From Spirochaetales bacterium (GTDB taxonomy: Bacteria; Spirochaetota; Spirochaetia; JABEVK01), in the NCBI GenBank assembly GCA_037142615.1, contig JBAXAI010000003.1, positions 32,001-96,000 on the forward strand: a stretch of DNA of 64,000 nucleotides. Direction: 5' to 3'. Both the position numbers and the translations under genes were made by a program. Shown piece by piece: positions 58,118 to 64,000 of this stretch. Numbering within the stretch: the first letter of the stretch is position 1; each line of letters begins with the position of its first letter. The notes below the pieces were generated by a model, which did no database searches, was not told the DNA's origin, and saw only the letters and a program-made list of their open reading frames with translations.

Positions 58118-58533
58118 TCGACTACGTGCTAGCCACCTTGGCGGGGGGCTTGGTCGTACTTTCGATGACCCTCAACTCGGCGCTGGGTGAGCGAATCGGA
58201 GTTCTGCGCGCCGCCGCCGTGAACTACATCGTGGGTCTGGTGGGAGCGCTGAGCCTGTTGCTGGTGCTCGGTGGCGGCGACTTTGACAAGCTGGCCACTG
58301 TCCCTTGGTGGGCCTGGACAGGCGGAGTGCTGGGCGTCGCCGTCGTTGCTGGTTCCAACCTCGTGTTCCCCCTCATCCCGGTAGTGCTCGCGGTTGTGCT
58401 GGTCACACTGGGCCAGCTCGCCACCGGCCTCGCCCTCGACGTCGCCCGCACCGGAAGCGCGAAGCCGCTACCCCTCGTCGGTGCCACACTCGTTCTCGTT
58501 GGACTCTTCATAAGCCAACGAAGAAAACCCTAA
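58114..58533 (+). CDS. DMT-family (YdcZ-like) transporter subunit
   Basis: LNSALGERIG; PWWAWTGG.LG; GQL..G..LD; GTGA overlap. Confidence 0.8.
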   Translation: MIDYVLATLAGGLVVLSMTLNSALGERIGVLRAAAVNYIVGLVGALSLLLVLGGGDFDKLATVPWWAWTGGVLGVAVVAGSNLVFPLIPVVLAVVLVTLGQLATGLALDVARTGSAKPLPLVGATLVLVGLFISQRRKP

Positions 58534-58724
58534 CAACAAGCGAAGCGAAGTTGCGTGGCTATCCACCAGTTGACCCTTCTCAACAAGCGAAGCGAAGTTG
58601 CGCACCAACCGCAACAAGCGAAGCGAAGTTGAGTGTTTACCCAGCGGTTACCCTCCTCAACAAGCGAAGCGAAGTTGCGTGGCTATCCACCGGTTGACCC
58701 TTCTCAACAAGCGAAGCGAAGTTG
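58534..58724. repeat. Cluster of five identical 20-bp repeats CAACAAGCGAAGCGAAGTTG with 27/11/26/27-bp spacers
   Basis: Copies start at 58534, 58581, 58612, 58658 and 58705; spacers 1 and 4 differ by one base. Confidence 0.9.
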
Positions 58725-58881
58725 CCCCCAACCCCCACAAATTGCCCACCGGCCGACCGAAGCCGCGACGTCGACGCGGATCGTCGTTTTGGCTAAGTCG
58801 AGGGAGGATGAGGACCGGAGCCGTACTGGAAAGTACGGTGAGGACCGGAACCGACCGAGACGACGCCAAAACGGCGAGACG

Positions 58882-59964
58882 CTAGACGTCCAACATCCAG
58901 GAGTGGGTGTCGGGGAGGTGGCCATACTGTATCCCTTTGAGCGTCTTCTGCAGTTCCAGGGTCACCTCGCCGATCTTGCCCCCGCTGAAGAGGGCCGTCT
59001 TGTTTTTGTGGGTTACGGACTCGAGGTACGACACGCCGGCGGCCGTACCCGTCACGAAAGCTTCGCGACCTTTTTCGAGCACTTCTCTAATGGGGAGTCG
59101 GCGTTGTTCCACTTTCAAGCCGAGATCGCCGGCCAAAGTGATAATGCTGTCGCGCGTGATTCCGGGCAGGATGGTATCGCCCAGAGCGGGAGTGACGAGC
59201 GTTCCATTCTTCATGACAACAAAGAAGTTGCAGCTCGACCCTTCTTCGACGTACTTCTGCTCCATCGCGTCGAGGAAGATGGCTTCCATGTAGCCTGCGG
59301 CTTCTGCTGTCTTCTTGGCCAGCGTCGGGATGACGTAGTTGGCGTCGCATTTGATCCAGCCGGTGCCTTGGCGCGTCGCCCGGACGGCCTCGGTGGTGAC
59401 GGCTGCGCTCGAGCCTTCCTTGAAGTAACTGCTCACGGGCGTGGAGATAATGACGACCCACGGCGTCGTGGAAAGCCCCAGGCCGATGGCTGGCTCGGAG
59501 TACGTGAACGGTCGCAGGTAGATGGCCGACGCATTCAGGAAGTTGTCCTTTATCCACTCGTCGTCGTAGTCGGGGCGAAAACCGAGAGCCGCGTTGCGGG
59601 CCACGATTCCTTGGGCAGCCTTCACGAATTGGCCCGCCGGGAAGCCAGGCATCTTGAGACCTTCCATCGACATCTTCATTCGGGCTGCATTCCGGTCGGG
59701 ACGGAACAGCTTGAGTGTGCCGTTCGGCTGAGGAAAAGCCTTGAGGCCTTCAAAACAACCCATGCCGTACTGCGTGGTATAGTTGACCAAGGGGAGTTCG
59801 GGAAACGAGTTTCGCTGGGCCAGGAGCCTCTGGAGGTCGGCAGCCGAGAGTGCGGCTTCCTCGGCGGGCGTCTTGTGGGGCTTTTCGTCGTAGGACTCGG
59901 TCCAACCGCTGCCGTCGAACTGCGCCTTGAACACCCAAGGGTAAATGCTCAGCGAAAATGCCAT
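58882..59964 (-). CDS. ilvE: Branched-chain amino acid aminotransferase (class IV)
   Basis: QYGMGCFEGLKAF, LFRPDRN..R, YLRPF, GTGWIKC.ANY, EEGSSCNFF, ILPGITRDS, TGTAA. Confidence 0.92.
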   Translation of the reverse strand: MAFSLSIYPWVFKAQFDGSGWTESYDEKPHKTPAEEAALSAADLQRLLAQRNSFPELPLVNYTTQYGMGCFEGLKAFPQPNGTLKLFRPDRNAARMKMSMEGLKMPGFPAGQFVKAAQGIVARNAALGFRPDYDDEWIKDNFLNASAIYLRPFTYSEPAIGLGLSTTPWVVIISTPVSSYFKEGSSAAVTTEAVRATRQGTGWIKCDANYVIPTLAKKTAEAAGYMEAIFLDAMEQKYVEEGSSCNFFVVMKNGTLVTPALGDTILPGITRDSIITLAGDLGLKVEQRRLPIREVLEKGREAFVTGTAAGVSYLESVTHKNKTALFSGGKIGEVTLELQKTLKGIQYGHLPDTHSWMLDV

Positions 59965-60074
59965 GTCGCACCTCTCATAGGCGATTATTCTAGCTTCCCA
60001 AGTACCCGAAGTAAAGCACTTTGTCTGCTCGGCTCCCTTTGCTTCGCCCCCCCGTTTGTCCTATATTAATTGCC

Positions 60075-61031
60075 ATGAGTACTACGCATCCTGTCATCAT
60101 CATCGGTTCCGGCCCCGCAGGGCACACCGCCGCCATTTATTCCGCTCGGGCCAACCTGACCCCGCTCCTTTTTGAGGGCTTCATGGCGGGTGGCGTCGCC
60201 GCCGGTGGGCAGTTGACGACAACCACCGAAATCGAAAACTTCCCCGGGTTTCCCGAGGGCCTGGGAGGTCCGGAGTTGATGGAACGCATGCGTGCCCAGG
60301 CCCTGCATTGCGGCGCCCGCATCGAGACCGAAACCGTGAGCGCCGTCGATCTTTCCAAGCGGCCGTTCCGGGTCACCGCCGACAGCGGCGACTATCTGGC
60401 CCACACGCTGATCATCGCCACGGGAGCCACCGCCAAGCGCATGGCAATTCCGGGCGAGGACAAGTTCTGGCAGCGGGGAATCTCGGCCTGCGCGGTGTGT
60501 GACGGGGCGCTCCCCGCGTTTCGCGACAAGCCGCTGGTTGTTATTGGCGGTGGCGATACCGCGTGCGAGGAGGCCACCTACCTCACCAAGTTTGGCTCGA
60601 TGGTTCACCTGCTGGTGCGGCGCGACGTTTTGCGGGCCAGCAAAGCCATGCAGGCCCGTATTTTGGGCAATCCCAAGATCACAGTCCATTGGAACACCGA
60701 GGCTCTGGAAGCCACAGGAGCGGGCAAGGCCCTCGAGGGCGTGCGGGTCAAGAACAACAAGACCGGCGTCGAGGCCCTCCTGTCGGTCAGCGGCCTGTTT
60801 TATGCCATCGGCCACGAACCCAACACGACCTTCCTCGGCGGGCAGTTGCAGCTCGACAGTACCGGCTATATTGTCACCACCCCGGGCACCACGCAGACCT
60901 CAGTCAAGGGTGTGTTTGCCGTCGGTGATGTGCAAGACAAAGTGTGGCGACAAGCCATTACCGCCGCAGGCTCGGGCTGCATGGGTGCGCTTGAGGCAGA
61001 ACGATTACTGAGTGAAGAAGAGGGAGTTTGA
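60075..61031 (+). CDS. trxB: Thioredoxin reductase
   Basis: [62 protein letters not shown]. Confidence 0.96.
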   Translation: MSTTHPVIIIGSGPAGHTAAIYSARANLTPLLFEGFMAGGVAAGGQLTTTTEIENFPGFPEGLGGPELMERMRAQALHCGARIETETVSAVDLSKRPFRVTADSGDYLAHTLIIATGATAKRMAIPGEDKFWQRGISACAVCDGALPAFRDKPLVVIGGGDTACEEATYLTKFGSMVHLLVRRDVLRASKAMQARILGNPKITVHWNTEALEATGAGKALEGVRVKNNKTGVEALLSVSGLFYAIGHEPNTTFLGGQLQLDSTGYIVTTPGTTQTSVKGVFAVGDVQDKVWRQAITAAGSGCMGALEAERLLSEEEGV

Positions 61032-61032
61032 A

Positions 61033-62832
61033 ATGAACAGAACCATGTCGGTTGCCACAAAACTGGGACTTTCTTTTGCAGTCCTGGCTGCACTTCTGGT
61101 GGGCGTTTCGCTTGTCGGAGTTCTCGGGATGCAAGGGATGTCCGCCACGGAGAAGGTCCTGGTCGCCGACTCGCTCGAAGGGTCAATCCGTTTGTCCCTC
61201 GCGGAGAAGTCTTTGGTGGCGTACTCTCGCCTTGTTTTTGAACACATCGGGCAGTCGGACGACAAGTTGGCTGCGTCCCTCGAAGTCGAGCTCAAGAAAG
61301 AGCAGGGTCTGATCGAGCTGATGATCGCGGAGTTCCTCAAGAACAACGCCGATGCCACGCAGAATGCCAAGATCACCACAGTCCAGACGGAGCTCAAGGC
61401 CTACTTCGCCAAGACGGAACCCATCTTGGTGCTGTCTCGTGCCAACAAGAACGACGAGGCGATGAAGCTTGTCTACGCGACGATCGACCCCGTGTACGAC
61501 GAACTGGTCGGCGATTTCGAGGGTCAGTTGACCAGCCAGCGCGAGGAAGCGGCCGCCATGCGAGCCTCGAGTGAACAATCTGCGGTCGTCAGTGAGTTGG
61601 CGCTGGCCGGAGTGTCGGTCGTTGCGGTCGTCGTGGCTCTCCTCTTGGCGCTGGTTCTTATCCGCACGATTCGGGCCCCGCTGAAGCTCTCACTTCAAAT
61701 CGCTACCGCGATCAGCCAGGGCAACCTCACCGGGCAGTTCGACACCAAGCTACTGGCTTCGAAAGACGAGTTTGGCCAGCTTCTCGCCGCGCTCAAAGCC
61801 ATGCAGGATGATCTGGCGGAAAACCTGCGCCGCATCGATGCCAGTTCTGACAATCTCAGCGAGGTTGGCAGGGAGCTTGGTCAAACCCTTGAGAACGCTT
61901 CCGAATCGGTAGAGGCCATCGGCACCAGCGTGCGCGAGGTCAACGACAAGGTTGTGGGGCAAAGCGCCAGCGTGACCGAAACCAGCGCAACCATCCAGCA
62001 GATTGTGAAAAGCATCGAAGGGCTGGAGCGCGACATCAACGAGCAGGCTGCGGCGGTCACCCAGTCTTCGGCGTCGATCGAGCAGATGCTCTCAAACATC
62101 CAGTCGGTCACCAGGAACATCGAGCAGATGGGTGGCGAGTTTGTAAAGCTAACGGCCGCCAGTGACGACGGCAAAGCCCGTTTGGTGGTCGTCAGCCAGA
62201 AGATCAAGTCCGTCTCGACTCAGAGCCAGAAACTACTGGCCGCCAACAATACGATCAAAAGCATCGCCGCGCAGACCAACTTGTTGGCGATGAACGCCGC
62301 CATCGAGGCCGCCCACGCGGGCGACGCCGGCCGGGGGTTTGCGGTGGTCGCCGATGAAATCCGCAAGCTGGCCGAACAATCGAGCAAGCAGTCCGGCGAT
62401 ATCAGCCGCGATGTGGGAAGCATCCTCAAAGAAATCCTTCTGGTGGTGGAAGCCTCGACGTCGGCCGAAAATTCCTTCGGCCAGATTTTGGCCAACATCG
62501 AAGTGTTGGTGCGCTACGAGCACGAGATCACCAACGCCATGCAGGAACAGAACGCGGGTTCGAAGCAGATTCTCGAAGCCTTGGGCCAGATCAACACCAT
62601 CACGACCCACGTGAAAGACAGCTCCTACGAGATTTCCGAAGGCAGCCGCAACATCAGCGGCGAAATGCATAATCTGGCCGGCGTGAGCGAGGAGCTTGCG
62701 GGGAGCATGCATCAGATCGAAGACGGTACGGCACGAATCCAAGCGGCAACCGAGACCTTGGAGGCAGCGGAACGGAAAAATGCGGCCCAAATCGCAGTTC
62801 TGGCCGAAATCGTCTCAAAGTTTCAGCTGTAA
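61033..62832 (+). CDS. Methyl-accepting chemotaxis protein
   Basis: TM-four-helix-bundle sensor-TM-HAMP (DEFGQL); [38 protein letters not shown]. Confidence 0.95.
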   Translation: MNRTMSVATKLGLSFAVLAALLVGVSLVGVLGMQGMSATEKVLVADSLEGSIRLSLAEKSLVAYSRLVFEHIGQSDDKLAASLEVELKKEQGLIELMIAEFLKNNADATQNAKITTVQTELKAYFAKTEPILVLSRANKNDEAMKLVYATIDPVYDELVGDFEGQLTSQREEAAAMRASSEQSAVVSELALAGVSVVAVVVALLLALVLIRTIRAPLKLSLQIATAISQGNLTGQFDTKLLASKDEFGQLLAALKAMQDDLAENLRRIDASSDNLSEVGRELGQTLENASESVEAIGTSVREVNDKVVGQSASVTETSATIQQIVKSIEGLERDINEQAAAVTQSSASIEQMLSNIQSVTRNIEQMGGEFVKLTAASDDGKARLVVVSQKIKSVSTQSQKLLAANNTIKSIAAQTNLLAMNAAIEAAHAGDAGRGFAVVADEIRKLAEQSSKQSGDISRDVGSILKEILLVVEASTSAENSFGQILANIEVLVRYEHEITNAMQEQNAGSKQILEALGQINTITTHVKDSSYEISEGSRNISGEMHNLAGVSEELAGSMHQIEDGTARIQAATETLEAAERKNAAQIAVLAEIVSKFQL

Positions 62833-62845
62833 CGTAGTTCCAGCT

Positions 62846-63613
62846 TTAGGACTTGCGGAAAACGGTCGTCGCGTTCGCTTGGTGCGTCGCGTTGACCGAA
62901 ATCTCGGTAATCTGGACGTGGGCAGGCGCAAAGGCTGCGTAGACCACGAGCTCGGCGATGTCAGCGGCTTTGAGGGGTTCAATACCCGTGTAGACGCCCT
63001 TGGCGCGCGCCTTGTCACCGTGGAAGCGCACCTCGCTGAACTCGGTTTCGACCATTCCCGGCTGAATCAGCGTGACCCGCAGGGGATGTTTCACGGTTTC
63101 AAGGCGCAGGCCGTCGGTGATTGCCTTCACGGCCGCCTTGGTCGCGCAGTAGACCGCCCCGTTGGGGTAGGCTGCGACACCGGCCAGTGACCCGAGGTTG
63201 ATGATGTGACCGGTTTGGTCGGGGTGAGCCGTCAGCCTCGCCACCATTTGTTTCAGCACGGGGCGCGTCACCCACAGAAGTCCTTTGACATTGGTGTCAA
63301 GCATCGCGTCCCAGTCGTCGGGATCGTTGTCGGTCAGGGCTTCCAACCCCAGCGCCAACCCGGCGTTGTTCACCAGCACATCGATCGCAGGGTCGCCCGC
63401 CCGGGCCAAAAGCGACTCGGCCTCGCTTCGCTGGCGCACATCGGTTGGCACGGTGGTAACCAGAATGCCGTGGAGGCCGCTGAGTTCGGCGGCCAAAGCG
63501 TGCAGACGGTCTTCCCGGCGCCCAGCCAAGACCAAATCGGCACCACGTGCAGCAAAGGCCCGCGCGCAGGCTTCTCCAATCCCGGCGGTCGCGCCGGTAA
63601 TCAGAACCGTCAT
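62846..63613 (-). CDS. SDR-family oxidoreductase (YdfG-like)
   Basis: ITGATAGIG, LVNNAGLALG, TNVKG, YCATK, PGMVETEFSEVRF.GD. Confidence 0.9.
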   Translation of the reverse strand: MTVLITGATAGIGEACARAFAARGADLVLAGRREDRLHALAAELSGLHGILVTTVPTDVRQRSEAESLLARAGDPAIDVLVNNAGLALGLEALTDNDPDDWDAMLDTNVKGLLWVTRPVLKQMVARLTAHPDQTGHIINLGSLAGVAAYPNGAVYCATKAAVKAITDGLRLETVKHPLRVTLIQPGMVETEFSEVRFHGDKARAKGVYTGIEPLKAADIAELVVYAAFAPAHVQITEISVNATHQANATTVFRKS

Positions 63614-64000
63614 CCCTTGACCGGGTACACCCAAACCTTCAGGTTGGGCGAAATCTCGACGGTGCGCAAGGCGCGGAAGTTCCAGTGGTTACCCGCCTTG
63701 GACGGCAGGTCCTTCTGCGCAAAGGGAAACTCACCGGGCTTGGCGTGGTACTTTTCGCGGATTTCGGAATGCTCCAGACCTGTCTCGGAGAATGCCGAGA
63801 TGCTTTCGTACCACAAGGCGAACACCAGCAATTGGGTGGCGCTCGAGACCATCCACCAACCGTAGCTCATTCCGGCGTAGCTTTCGACAAGTTGACCCGC
63901 TTCCAGCGACGGACGCAGCTCCTTAAAGAGGTCTTCCAGGTGGTGATAGGCTTCGCTGAAGTCCTGATCTCCCACCCAGTTGAGGTTCTTTTCGGTGACA
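63610..64000 (-). CDS. Hypothetical protein, 3' part only
   Basis: Frame is open to the window edge; stop overlaps the SDR ATG (ATGA). Confidence 0.55.
   Translation of the reverse strand, partial: VTEKNLNWVGDQDFSEAYHHLEDLFKELRPSLEAGQLVESYAGMSYGWWMVSSATQLLVFALWYESISAFSETGLEHSEIREKYHAKPGEFPFAQKDLPSKAGNHWNFRALRTVEISPNLKVWVYPVKG

Noticed and set aside
58534-58724. CRISPR array
   Set aside because: Repeat is only 20 bp, spacers are irregular (11-27 bp) and related to each other, and there are no cas genes or leader in the window.

Overview
GC-rich bacterial chromosome segment, probably from a free-living spirochaete (inferred from gene content only). Housekeeping and signalling genes include a Nqr/Rnf-type operon, REC-PAS-GGDEF-EAL, aspartate kinase, adenylate cyclase, a MoxR/DUF58/transglutaminase operon, a partner-switching operon, fabH, tRNA-Ala(GGC), lspA, a Lon-like protease, ilvE, trxB and an MCP. 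There are two accessory blocks. (1) About 15.7-25.0 kb is a toxin-antitoxin/defence island holding a complete diversity-generating retroelement (DGR): target gene with VR 20762-20872, hairpin, avd, TR 20073-20183 and reverse transcriptase. TR and VR differ at 22 of 111 positions, all at TR adenines. The target is a secreted caspase-family protease (His/Cys dyad intact) fused to a hypervariable C-type-lectin-like domain. In the same island a RAYT-type HUH transposase sits among genes that are each followed by a co-oriented GAGGTCTGACCCC-type repeat, resembling a cassette array. (2) About 36.7-48.9 kb, just after the tRNA, is a locus for using unsaturated-uronide oligosaccharides (two GH88, ABC transporter); its AraC-type sensor is split by an in-frame TAG. 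Also noted: a T9 frameshift in the DUF58 gene, many apparently leaderless promoters, and a CRISPR-like but non-CRISPR repeat cluster at 58.5 kb. All family calls come from motif recognition by eye, not from database searches.
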